Assembly (NCBI GenBank): GCA_951804945.1
Contig: OX638164.1
Coordinates: 18,228,001 to 18,292,000 of the forward strand
Origin: Podarcis cretensis
Lineage: Eukaryota
Reading direction: 5' to 3'
Length of the DNA stretch: 64,000 nucleotides
This document shows, in pieces, positions 1 through 12,385 of the stretch. The first letter of the stretch is position 1, and each line of letters starts with the position of its first letter. Position numbers and translations under genes: made by a program. Below the pieces are notes generated by a model that worked only from the letters and a program-made list of their open reading frames with translations, did no database searches and was not told where the DNA came from.

Positions 1-185
1 TGATGAGAGTTAGCTGCTTGTCCCTGGTTGCATGCTCTCACACAGACACTTTTAAGCTGTTGATAATTAGCTGGGTTTCCCTGACCTGTGTCCACTATAC
101 AATTTCGGGTTCCACCTTAAACAGGAAAGGTGTATGCATAACCCTGAGGTTTTATAGCTGTGGAAATTTGGAATGAATCCCAAAT

Positions 186-331
186 GCAAAACAAGAAAAA
201 GGAAATCAAACAAAGGGATCTTAACTGAGGAAGTCTTTTATTCACAGCTAAATGCTAGCATTACAATCTGGCTATCTGTTTTTAGAAGATTAAAGGGGAG
301 GGGAGAAGAAGGTTAAAACAAAACATTTATT
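186..331 (-). terminator. Candidate polyadenylation region: AATAAA at 331-326 and 242-237, U/GU-rich downstream element at about 212-186
   Basis: Two AATAAA hexamers, downstream tttgtttgatttcctttttcttgttttg, and an upstream cluster of seven TGTA motifs (538-662). Confidence 0.55.
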
Positions 332-1192
332 AAAAAATTAGAAAGGTTTTTTTTTTTTTTTGCAAAGCTTGACTAGAACCAGCTTACTGGGTATTCTAGC
401 TGAGCAAGTAAGCAGTTGAGAGAAAAGAGTGAGATTTCCCTCCCCATGCATAAAATGCAATTGAGAAGGTGGGAGAGGCAGCAGCATTGTGTAACGCAGT
501 CACCCTTTCTCTCCCACCCCTCCAAAGACAGTTACTGTACACAAAATAAATACCTTTTACAAGAGGCTCAGTACAATGCTACAGTCCTTCACTGAAGGGA
601 AACATATATACATATAAATCCTGTATATAACTTATTTTACGTACATCACCATCAATGCTACATGTTCGTTTGTTTGTTTTTATTTGAAAAAAGAAGGGCT
701 AATTCAGGCAGGCATTCCAAATGCAAAGAAGATAGTAGCATTACAGGAGTGGGCAGTGCAGAGTCAGGAGGATGGGGCTGAAGACAAACAGCAGAATTTG
801 AGTGGAATGATCCCCAAGGAAGCATCTTTATGCTACAGACTTAGGGCCCTTCCAGACTGGTGTTAAGTTTGTTTGCGTGGGTGGGTGGGTGCAGACATGT
901 ATTCTGCAACATGTCATTGACACAATAACAGTGCATGAGTGGTGGAATTATACTGGGCAGTCCACACATTATTTTGCTTCATTGTTTTGTGATACTTCCC
1001 CAATGTTACAGCATTACTGACTTCTGGAGGAGCACCCTTGTGCTGTAGCGCACCAAAGGCGGGACATTCTACCCCCACATAAAATTTGTGGTGTGAAAAG
1101 TTACAAGATTTCAGCAGAAAGCTATGGGACATGCACTGATTGGAAGCAAAGCAGTTATGTCTGCCCCAAAACCTTTATAGGCACGAACAGTA

Positions 1193-1434
1193 TTGGATTT
1201 GGATTTGATATCCCGCTTTATCACTACCAGAAGGAGCCTCAAAGCAGCTAACATTCTCCTTTCCCTTCCTCCCCCACAACAAACACTCTGTGAGGTGAGT
1301 GGGGCTGAGAGACTTCAGAGAAGTGTGACTAGCCCAAGGTCACCCAGCAGCTGCATGTAGAGGAGCGGAGACCCGAATCCGGTTCACCAGATTACAAGTC
1401 TACCGCTCTTAACCACTACACCACACTGGCTCTC
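1193..1434 (-). mobile_element. tRNA/CORE SINE (Squam3/MIR-like)
   Basis: gagagccagtgtggtgtagtggttaagagc head, CORE motif gtgaccttgggctagtcac, L2-like tail; close copy at 50287. Confidence 0.85.
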
Positions 1435-2525
1435 TTTTGGCCCTCTATTGAAAGCAGAATCATGTATACCACCACAGATACCACCACCACAAGCACAAAT
1501 GACCATAAATGCACAATAAAAAAGGACTCTAGAGGGGTCCCTAAACTAGTTTAAATTGGGATTGTGTGAAACCCTTTTGAGAAATATTTAATCTTATCCA
1601 GTTTGTTGGGGTGTGTGTATCCTCTGAGGTTTCTTAGTTGTTTCACCTAAGAAGGAACCTCCAAATTTGCTGTGAACGTCACTTCAGTTGAAATCCAGCA
1701 ATAACCTCAGGCATATGTTGACTCTCCCAGGTATACATCTTACTGTTTCTTTCTTTTTTTCAGCAAAGCATAACAGTACGAAGAACCAAATTGGGCTTTA
1801 AAAGGAGCAGCTTACTGAGTATGGTCTATTTTTCTGTATAAGGGAAAACCAAACAGCGGGCTGCACTGACAGTACTGATAGATGAGATGTTGCTCTCCCC
1901 AATTCCAAGACTAGCACAGGCTTTATGACAGCGTACATATCTCTAACACAGCCTCAGGAAAATGTCAGGCTAAAATGCCGGGCATATTCCAAAGAAGTGT
2001 TACTTACAGCCCGACAGAAAAGACGCACACAGTGACCTTTTGAGTTTTTGGAAGTGCATTGCGAGAGAGAAGAATGAATTGGGGAAAGGACAGCATCCAG
2101 CATCATGTTAGAGTGACTGGAATTTCACTTCCGGTAGATGACCTCATACATGGGGTGAAGACACACAGAGGATTTTAAGCATGTGGTATGAATGCACTTT
2201 TCCTGCCTTGGAAAAACATGTCACTTGTTCCAGTGAGTTGGGGAGGGAACGGTTTTGCAAGTTTCTGATGTATTGGAGAAACGCTGGCTTAAGTGGGTAC
2301 CTCTTGACAAGTGCCCCATTAGCCTGGGCCTGTGACACTGGCCGCGTACCTCTTCCCTTTCTCCCAATCTGCTGGGAGTTCATTATTTTTTTGTAAGGCA
2401 AAGGATGGATGCATGGAAGAACAAATATGCATGTGCTGCTTTGATCTAGCATTTGACTTACCAGGCAAGACAAGATGCAAAGTTTGGTTGGCTAACAAAG
2501 AACTCACAGATGTTAAGAATGTTTT

Positions 2526-2669
2526 GACTAACTGGATAGCTCAGTTAGAGTGTGGTGCTGCTAACAGCAAGGTTGCAGGTTTGATCTCCATATGGGATAG
2601 CTGCATATACCTGCATTGCAGGGGGTTAGATTATATGATTTTCAGGGTCCCTTCCAATTCTAAGATTCT
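2526..2669 (+). mobile_element. Short tRNA-head SINE with CR1-type tail
   Basis: tagctcagtt A-box, ggtttgatc B-box, tail ggtcccttccaattctaagattct. Confidence 0.7.
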
Positions 2670-4104
2670 CTCTTCAGAATACAGCACAACTCATTTTCAC
2701 AGTGCTCCTGCTTTTGCCTGATCTCCAGGTAGCATCATACAGTATGTAAATATAAATAGCAGGTAATCTCTCCTTTCTTATCTACCCATTCTATTTCTCA
2801 AAAAAGTCCAGATATTCCCCCTGATAAATGAAGTCTTCCTGCAGTTATTAGAGATAGGTCTGATTTGCATACAGCAGGGGTAGAATTTAGCACTATACCA
2901 AATTTTGCAGCTGGCCTTGACTTTTTTTTTTAAAGGGCACATTAAAAAATCTGGGGCTAGTCCTACATATAGTAGACACATTAAAGTTAATGGGCATGAC
3001 TAACTTAGGTTCATTAACTTAAGTGAGCCTACTCTGAGTAGAATTTAGTTGCATACAACTCCCTGGTATACACATCCCAGAAGAAATAGTGTATGGCTTG
3101 GATTCATCTTTTGTTTAATGGGGGATGTATTATACCAGTAAAACGATTTATACTATTTTTTTTTTAAAAAAAAACCTGCAGTTTAATGTGAAACAAGAAC
3201 AAAAAATAGTGAGAGGAATATAGGTATTATTTCTTACAAACAAAGGAGAACATCCAGGGATTATCCCAGATATCTGAAAGAATGTGAAGTGCAAGACTTG
3301 TGGTTTGGCTCAGGAAACTAACCTTCAGTCATAAGGAACCCTATCTTCTCTTCAACCTTCTTCATAGGGTAATAAATGTTCTTGGCTTCTATAGGAGCTC
3401 TCTGCATCCTGCAAAAAGGGAGAGTGGGACTGTTGTTGCCAAATGTCTTGTGTCTACAAAATTAAGATAGCTGTTTGGCAAGGAAAAGCTTTCTGGCTAA
3501 GAGTTCCAGTATTTCCTGTACTGGTCAGGTCTCTCAAACTACTTTTTGTCTTCCTGGTGTTTAGGAATTTCTGTTTCTGGTTGCACCCAGAACCTTGAAA
3601 TGCAGTGGGAGCATCCAGGGTTTTTTGACCAGACAAAGTTCAAATTGGTGGTTAAAGACTGAGGCAACCTTTTTTCTTTCCTATCAAAAGTGGGATCTAA
3701 AACTCCAGAGCTTACTCCCTGGTTTAAATATACCCTCTTCTCCTTTTTTGTCCCTCCAGAGGATTTGGAACTGCCTTTTATGGAGAAGGGCTGTAGCATG
3801 GGGTTTTTGTGTGCAGGCAGTCCTAGGTTCAACGCCTGGCATATCCTGTTAAAAAAGCAGGGCTGGGAGCATTGGTGCAGTAGTCCAGGGTCATGGTGGG
3901 AAGTCAGAGACCCCTTACTACCGTATTTCTGTAGCAGAGTCCTAGTATTCTACAGCCACCCTATTCAGGATGAAAGGAGAGCTTTTTTAGTCACTGTGTA
4001 CTTCAAAGATAAACATTTAGAAACACTGAAAACATAAGATGCTTAGTTACTATGCATATTAGATAATTAGGTATATTAATTGTATACAGTTATGTGTATA
4101 TTAA

Positions 4105-4476
4105 GGGACGCGGGTGGCGCTGTGGGTAAAACCTCAGTGCCTAGGACTTGCCCATCGTATGGTCGGCGGTTCGAATCCCCGCGGCGGGGTGGGCTCCCGT
4201 CTTTCGGTCCCAGCTCCTGCCCACCTAGCAGTTCGAAAGCACTCCTAAGTGCAAGTAGATAAATAGGTACCGCTTTATAGCCGGAAGGTAAACGGCGTTT
4301 CTGTGTGCTGCGCTGGTGCTGGCTCGCCAGAGCAGCTTCGTCACGCTGGCCACGCGATCCGGAAGTGTCTCCGGACAGCGCTGGCTCCCGGCCTCTTAAG
4401 TGAGATGGGCGCACAACCCTAGAGTCATAGACACGGCTGGCCCATACGGGCAGGGGTACCTTTACCTTTACCTTTA
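4105..4476 (+). mobile_element. Sauria SINE, full length, young
   Basis: gggacgcgggtggcgctg head, B-box, (ACCTTT)n tail, 14-bp TSD ttatgtgtatatta (4090-4103 / 4474-4487). Confidence 0.93.
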
Positions 4477-5536
4477 TGTGTATATTAGGAGAAACTTGCA
4501 CTAAAATACTGCTGAAGTTTCAGGATTAGAGAGAGAGAACACAAACAGATGTGGAATGTGGAGATCTGAACTTAAAATTGGAAAAGTGAGAAAGTGAGAG
4601 AAACCTAAATTGGCAGATTCACCCATCCCTGATCACTACCAACTATATCTGTTTCAGGCTGCAGCTGTTCTCTCCCTCTGGCCGTTCCAGCGGGATAGCT
4701 TTTAAGCAGTCATTAACTGGCTCTGTTCAAGGGGAACAAAAACAGCTTCCCCTTTATTGTCAAAAAGGTGCTGAGGGTCAGAGCCCTTGCGTAATTGTGG
4801 ATCCTCTGAGAAAAGTTCTTTTCCTTTTCATGCAGCCTTCACACAAAGCCGAAGCAGCAACAGCTGAAGAGCCCATCTTAAAACCTGCACCCACTGTGCA
4901 GAGTGGCTTTGTTTGAAAGGTTGCCATCTGCAGGAAACAGGGTCATCCTTGCCTTGGACTCACCCGTCTCAAAGCTGCCAGAGTACATTCCGCACTGTTT
5001 CAGCCCTGAGAGGGAGCAGCCAAGTAGCACCACGGAATTCCATTGCTTTTTCCCAAGAATGCACCACATCTCCCAATCTCCCAACAGCCAGATGCTGAAT
5101 GACCTTCAGCGCTGGCATCAAAAATCCTGCATGTGCTAGATACAGAAATCTGCCTGTGCCTTGTTTCCACAAGAAAAAGCAAAGAGGAAACATGCAGCAG
5201 CTTTGATCACACCAACCTTCTGCTGATGGATGTTGCCCAGCAGCAGCAAAGAGTTGTTCCATGCGTTACGCAGAACGAGTTGGCAGACTTCTGGACTGTA
5301 CCATTGAACAGTAGATGGGGTCATTGCCAATGTTCCCTCATGTAAAGAAACTCTCTGTACACCATGAACTAGCACGTCAGGGAGAAAAGAGTAGGGCAGC
5401 CCTCTCTGGGATCCAGGAAGCTTTCCAAGTGAAGCATTTTAGGAAAATATGACCCCATCATCAACAGTCTGATGTGATTCAGTCTAGCATTCTACCACCT
5501 CAAGATTTGCAATCAGTAGAATGTCTCTAACTCTTT

Positions 5537-5860
5537 GGCCTCCATCTGCATTATACATTTAAATCCGTATCATAGCACTTGAAACATATTCCCCTAAAGA
5601 CTCCTGGGAACTATAGTTAATTTTAAGGGTGCTGAGAGTTGTTAGGAGGCCCTTGTTCCCTCACAGGGTTATAGTTCCCAGAGTTCCCTGGGAAAAGGAA
5701 TTGACTACTGAACCACTCTTAAGAATTATAACTCAGAGGAGTTGGGATCTCATAACAAGCCTCAGTGAGCTTAACAAACCGCAGTTCAAAGGATTCTTGG
5801 GGGAATCCATGCCTGTTTAAAGTGGTTTGATACTGCTTTCAGTGTATAGTACAGATGGGC
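5537..5860. repeat. Old palindromic MITE family (Harbinger-like); other copies at about 9310-9510, 29101-29281, 39695-39865 and 43645-43850
   Basis: Shared motifs catttaaa(g)ca...tcctgggaactgtagtt...tgctttaaatgt in inverted arrangement. Confidence 0.6.
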
Positions 5861-6586
5861 ATGGGCATTACATTTCCAAAGCAGGAAGAGCCAAACTATC
5901 CTATTTTTGTCCCCAAATGCCCAGTGCTTTCCTTGGTCTGTTTACATGAAGAGCAGCACGGGGCCTTACTTTGAGCAAGGATGCCAAATGCCATGTTAAG
6001 TTACAAGGTGGTGGCATTTAATTGTGGGGAGACTCCATGCTGACCCTTTTGCCAGACGTGTCAAGATGGAACTTTAACAAAGTGAATCTGCTTTTCTTAA
6101 GGTTGAATCCAGCCTAGTTTCTCATACAAGTGAATTCTTAAGTAACAAGCTATTCCCCCTCCTCAACACCAAGTTAATTCAGGATATAATTCTGAGTCAT
6201 TTGGACATTGGGGGCCTTAGAAAAGAAATTTGAGGACCACACAGGTTTTGATGCAGGAGGAAGCTTGTTATAAGCCCGTTGTGCACTAAGTGTAAAGGAA
6301 GGTGTTGGGCCAGCCTTCACTAAACTGATGCACTGGATGGTGCTGATGGGAGTTGTAGTCTGAAACATCTGGAGGGCACTTGATTGTCAAAGGTGCATTA
6401 GACAAACCAGGACTGACCTAATGGTGTACAGACTACTACATGGGTAACCAACACCATGTTGACTACCCTTGGAGTACTAATTCTTACAGTAGAAATGAGC
6501 AGGCTCCAGGACTTGAAGGTTCCACTAAAATAGAGACTGGGTTTTTGAGTCCATAGGTGGATAAAGGAATAGGGTGCCCCTATATT

Positions 6587-6944
6587 GTGACGCAGGTGGC
6601 GCTGTGGGTTAAACCACGGAGCCTAGGGCTTGCCGATCAGAAGGTTGGCGGTTCGAATCCCTGCAACGGGGTGAGCTCCCGTTGCTCGGTCCCAGCTCCT
6701 GCCAACCTAGCAGTTTGAAAGCACATCAAAGTGCAAGTAGATAAATAGAAACCGCTCCGGCGGGAAGGTAAACAGTGTTTCCGTGCGCTGCTCTGGTTCA
6801 CCAGAAGCGGCTTAGTCATGCTGGCCACATGACCCAGAAGCTGTATGCCGGCTCCCTCGGCCAATAAAGCGAGATGAGCACCGCAACCCCAGAGTTGGCC
6901 ACAACTGGACCTAACCGTCAGGGGTCCCTTTACCTTTACCTTTA
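6587..6944 (+). mobile_element. Sauria SINE
   Basis: tRNA-derived head and (ACCTTT)n tail; high similarity to other copies in the window. Confidence 0.92.
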
Positions 6945-9043
6945 AGCACATATTAAGCCCAGGATTTTGTTGTCAGTACCACATCACTCCTTGCAACTAC
7001 TGCTTGTGTGTTTTTCTGAGTGCATACAGGGGTGGAAAGAGGAAAGTATGTTGTATGTTAAAGCCTTCTCTATATAAAAGTATTTTACTGGGAGATAAAA
7101 TGTTCAGTTGATAGACAGTATATCTCAGGATGGTCCTGATTAAGCAGAAGTGAGGAAGGAACCACATGTTATGGAGGCACACCCTTGTTTCACAAATATG
7201 TACACTCCAGTTATCACAAATGCAAGGTTGAGGAGGAGCATGTGCAGGAAAGAAGTGGCAGCTTGGAGGGGTGCATAACTCTCCACACCTACTAGCTCTC
7301 CACTATCATCTGCTTCCAACCCCTGGAATATTAGCATGTGTGATCAACATAAGAAGCTGCTTTATAGTACTGGTCCAACTAGCATAGCCCTGTCTGCACT
7401 AGCTGAGGGCAGCTCTCCAGGGTTTCAGGTGGGAGTCTTCTTCAGACATACCTGGAAACTGAACCCTGGGACTGTTCACATGCAAAGAATGCATTCTACC
7501 ATTGAGCTATGGCCCTTCCCCAGAGGTCCGAGAACCCAATCTTTGCTCCCCAACACACATGCTTCTCCTACTACATGCTGAATCCCATTAATTTCAGAGG
7601 AATCCAACTCTCACTGCTTAGGAGACGGGGGTGTAAGTTTACATGTGCCTCCTGCACTAACTTGTTCTTTGGCTTCCAGTATTTAACCACTGGAACAACT
7701 AGCAGGATCATGCCCGCTGGTGTAAGATTCAGAATGAAATGTGATATACAGTTAGGGCTGCCGGATAGTGTTACTGCCAAGCATTGGAGCAACGTGCGCA
7801 TTACAATGGATAGCGAGGATAGTTCCTGGAACTCAGTGTAAGTATTTAAGTATTTCTGTCCTCTTGAACAGGAACAGTTGACTAGAGTATCCACTAGCAA
7901 TGCTGCATCCTTCAACCTCCCTTCCTCCCTGCAACTCTATTCTATAGAGCTGAGGTTTGCTTTCTGAAGCAGTTTGTCACGCAAGCTCCACCTGCTGAAA
8001 TCTCTTCTGCACAACTATTAAAGGTGCAGGAGTCCTGTCCTTTTTTGCTTCTGGCCATCCTAGTTCTCTTCTCACTGTCCCTGGAAATGCCAGAGATTGA
8101 ACTCAGAACCTTCCCCATTAAAGCATATTCTCTGCTATCCTGGTACGGCTCAGTGCAAGCGTGCCCTAGTGAGAGATGGGAAGGTGTCAAGCTTAAGGCT
8201 TGGGCGCTCACCTCTTACTACCAGGTAGCATGGGGAACTAGATTCCTTCTGCTTTCGACAGCAATCTATGTTCCCGAGCATCTCCTTTGCCAGGGAGCAT
8301 GGGAAATATTGATTATGATGCATTCCAGTTCAATTCACTGAGACAAGCAAGGTCTGGGAACTCCATTTTCCATGCGTCCCAGTGGCAAGAATAGTACTGG
8401 GGCCTAAGCTTGAGGCCTCTCCAGTGCTTTTTATAAACTATATAGTGATTTGAACTTTAAGGATGGATAAGCCATTATGAAGAATGTAGGGCTTTTAATT
8501 GGTGCACAGTAATTAGAGCTACAATCCTAAGCACAAAGTCTTGGGCAGAATTGGAATACAAGGGTGATATGAAAGATTTAGCAAAATAACAACATCTGCT
8601 GGATATTCTCTTAGTTTTTTGGGATGGAAAGTTGCAATTTTGATTCAGCGGAAATATTTTCTGAAGTTCTACATACTGCCATTATTTCCCCTGGTTGCTA
8701 TAGCTTCAGCACCATTCCTGTCCTCCCCACTCTCCGAGTTGCTACTTTTCCTTTCTTCCTAGGTAACACATGGTTTTTAAGGGATCACATGGTGAAGAGG
8801 ATGGCACTAGAATGTCATGTATCCAATCAGATTGATGGCAACTGAGAGACGAAGGGCAAATGGAACATAAGAAGAGGCCCTGCTGGATCAAATCAAAGGC
8901 CTGTCAATATTCTTGCATTCTTTTTCACAAGGAATGCCAAAAAAATACCATAGGGGAGATGTTTTTCAGCTTTTCCAAAAGTGCTTATAGAAACTGAGTA
9001 GCCTAAGCATGTGAAAGCCACCAATAGCTTTGTAGAATATATA

Positions 9044-9304
9044 CCATATTTTTTGCTCTATAAGACTCACTTTTTCCCTCCTAAAAAGTAAGGGGAAATG
9101 TGTGTGCATCTTATGGAGCGAATGCAGGCTGGTCAGCTATCCCAGAAGCCAGAACAGCAAGAGGGATTGCTGCTTTCACTGCGCAGCAATCCCTCTTGCT
9201 GTTCTGGCTTCTGAGATTCAGAATTTTTTTTTCTTCTTGTTTTCCTCCTCCAAAAACTAGGTGCGTCTTGTGGTCTGGTGCGTCTTATAGAGCGAAAAAT
9301 ACAG
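9044..9304 (+). mobile_element. Tc1/mariner (pogo/Tigger-like) MITE
   Basis: TIR cc(g/a)tattttt..gctctataagac, TA flanks, internal hairpin; three copies in the window. Confidence 0.88.
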
Positions 9305-11652
9305 TAGATCATACATTCATACCATACTCACATACCACTTTTAACAGTCATGGACAATCCTGGGAACTGTAGTTTATTAAGAGGGTTGGGAATTGTAGCT
9401 CTATGAGTTCAGCATCTTTAACATACTAAGGTTCCCAGGTTCCTCTGGGGGAAGTAATGATTGTTAAAGTGGTTTCATAATGCTTTAAATGTGTGGTGTG
9501 GATATGACCTTATCAGCTTTGGGAATGTTAACACTGTCTATGAGCATGATGCCATACACTTAAAGCAGAGACAGTAGAAATTGCTTTAGCTTTGATGCCT
9601 AGTTCCTTGATCCAATAGCTGTAATGTGATATTTAATCACTGTTTCCCTGTTTCATGTGCATGAACCTTGAGTCACCTTAGCATGAAAGCCAGTATGAAG
9701 CCATGGTACATATAATAAATCCACAAGTAAAGCAAGCTGTTGGGTGGGGAGAGGTACTGGGGAAATATGCGTAAATATAATCACATCCATATTATTATAT
9801 ACACTGAAACTGAGCCAACTATTTACAAGTAATGAAATACACAGTAGGTATTCCGCTTTCTTTTTCTGAATAATCGCCTTATCCAAACATGTAGCTGACA
9901 AACACATAATGGTCTGGAAACAACAAAGGTTTCCATAGAAAAGGAAATGCTAAACTGTGCTCAACCCAAGAGACGGCTGAGGTTCCTTTCTTAGACTGTA
10001 TTACGCAACTGAGCAAAGGCATCCAAATGTTTTGGATCAATGAGCCTGTGTCAATTTTCAACGTATTTTGTTGTGTCTCGGTTTATAGAGTTTGTTTGCT
10101 GAACTCACTTCCTGATTTACAAAGCCTGGATCCAACTGGGAAGGGAGTTTTATTTTTAGGCCATGGCGGGACATTGCTTGGTGACGTTATCACCAAGGAA
10201 CTGTTTTCAAGGACAATACTCAGAGTAGATCAGTTGAAATCAATTAACCCAAGTTAGTCATGTCCTTTAACTTCAGTGGGTCTGCTTTGAATAGGACTAG
10301 CACTTCAGTGAAGCCCAATTGTGTCTCCCTTCCCTAAAATAAGGAGTGGTGGTATACCTTTCATAGAGTTAAACCTATATCATCTTTCTTTGGTTCACAG
10401 CATTATTATTAAGCTTAACAAAGCTTCCAAATTGGCAGATGTTGTTGCATGGCAACGAAAAGGAGGATGAGCCACACCTGCCATTTTCAATCCCTAAAAG
10501 CCAGGGGTGGGGATTGAATGCTGCATGTCAGTGTCATTCTGCTCACACTGCTTTTAACCATGACATGATGCTCTAGTCAGAGAGCAGGTGAAAAGAGAGG
10601 TGAAAGAAGCCGCCTTATACTGAGCTAGATCCTTGAGCCATCTAGCTGAGTCTTATCCACACTGACTGGCCCTCCAGGGTTTCAGATAAGCTTGCATTTG
10701 ATTGAGCCTGGGGCCTCTTGCATGCAAAGGAGATGTTCTACCACTGAGCTACAACTCTTCCCAGGGTTTCTATGTCCCTCATGCTGCTGCTCCCAATGAC
10801 ACGAGAGTGCAGGCATCAGATCAGTCAGCTGCAGAAGTTTGATCTAATGGAGAACCAGTCTATTGTAGACCATGGCCAACAAATCACTGCAAGAAAAACA
10901 TCACCATATAATAAACACTGTATATAATAAGCCTTCGACTAATCCTGATGAAAGCCTGCAGAACAGGTTTGAATTGTGTACCTTGTTTTGCAGCTGAGAC
11001 AACGGTCGGAAGGTCAGTTACTCCAGCAGAATCCTTCTGATTAGGAGCTACGAGTATCATGGCCAGCGTGGGATTAAGTGGCCTGCTCATTTATATACAG
11101 ATATTCAACATGGGGGCTGGGTTAGGGGCCCACAGTAGATAGTTGCTATACTGATTATGGGAGCTGCATACTACTGAAAAACGGATTGAGGGTATCCCTG
11201 TATTTGAAGAGTGATAAGTTCTTAGATGCCATTTCTGTGATAAGACCCACAAAAAAGCTTGGGGAAAGTGTGAGCAAAATTCAGGTCCAGCTTAGGACCG
11301 GTTTATAAATTCTCCTAGGTGTAAAACAGTGGCCTGGGCGAAAAAAAGAATATTTTCCCAAAAATAATTACCATTATTCATCCAAAATCCCATGCTATTC
11401 CGCGCTCGCGCCCCTGAGGTAGATGCCAATTTGGAGGAAGACAATGCAAGAGAGAGAGAGAAAGAAAGTGGTTGGTATTCAATGCCTGCTATTCTTTCAA
11501 ACAGGTCTACCCAGCAGGGCCTGTTCAGGTCAAATAGTGCACATTTGCCTTTAAACCTACATCCTTGCTTGGCCATGCCAAGCCTGGTTCGGGTCAGGAT
11601 AGTAGCCTATGTTACACATGCCTCTGATCATGTGTCGGCCATCCCTCTGCCC

Positions 11653-12385
11653 TCAGCACTCTTGAAGCATGCAGGCGGTGGTAGCTGCTGGCGGCCGCGG
11701 CGAACCACATTTCTCTGAGGTGATAGGTTTCCCTGTGTAGTCAACGCACAAGGGGCTTCGTGTCCGCATTCCCTCTCCACACGTTTGAGAACAGGGGGAC
11801 CAAGGCCCCATCTGCCAGATGGGGCACGGGAAGTCACTGCAGGGCTTGATGTCCTCAGGCTTGAGGGATTTGTTGCAGGCTGAGGAGACCTGCCCTTCCA
11901 CATCCAGACACTCCACCGCTCGTCTCTGCCAGCCAGAGCCGCACGATTTCGAGCACTCGGACCAGTCTCCCAGGACCCACTGTGACGTTAGCATGGGCTT
12001 GATTACGTTGGCCAAGTTCTTCTCCTTGCTCTTCTGTTTGCTGAAGTGGACGTCCTTGGGGATAAAGAAGGTGTATCTCACCCTTGGGGGGAACAGCTCA
12101 GCGGAAACGGTCAACACCTGGACAGTAAGTGGCTCCGGGAGCTTCTGGAAACTTTGGATGCGTTCCAGGGTGGTAAGAGAGCCACTATATCTCAGTACAG
12201 TCCCCTTGATGAAAATGTCTTCTTCCATAGCTGAAATGGCAAGGTTTCCATTCAAGAGGTATTTGCCATCCAGGGTTTTCAGGGCTAAATAGTTTTGGTC
12301 AGGCCACACCCCTCGGCGACCGTGTTGCTTGATGTCAATATTGGTTGCTCCTGCGGGGATTGTGACAATGTCGTTATATCCAAAT
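11653..12385 (-). CDS. ADAMTS8: ADAMTS8 exon 9 coding part (spacer, TSR2, TSR3, stop)
   Basis: ccacag|ATTT; FGYNDIVTIPAGATNIDIKQ...YLLNGN...PEPLTVQ...WVLGDWSECSKSCG...WQMGPWSPCSQTCG...CMLQEC then TGA at 11655-11653. Confidence 0.96.

Noticed and set aside
4105-4190. tRNA-like A/B boxes here and in other SINE heads
   Set aside because: These are SINE heads with bodies, tails and TSDs; no complete tRNA cloverleaf gene was seen.
11819-12292. Antisense ORFs over exons 9, 5 and 1
   Set aside because: Typical shadow frames of GC-rich coding exons.
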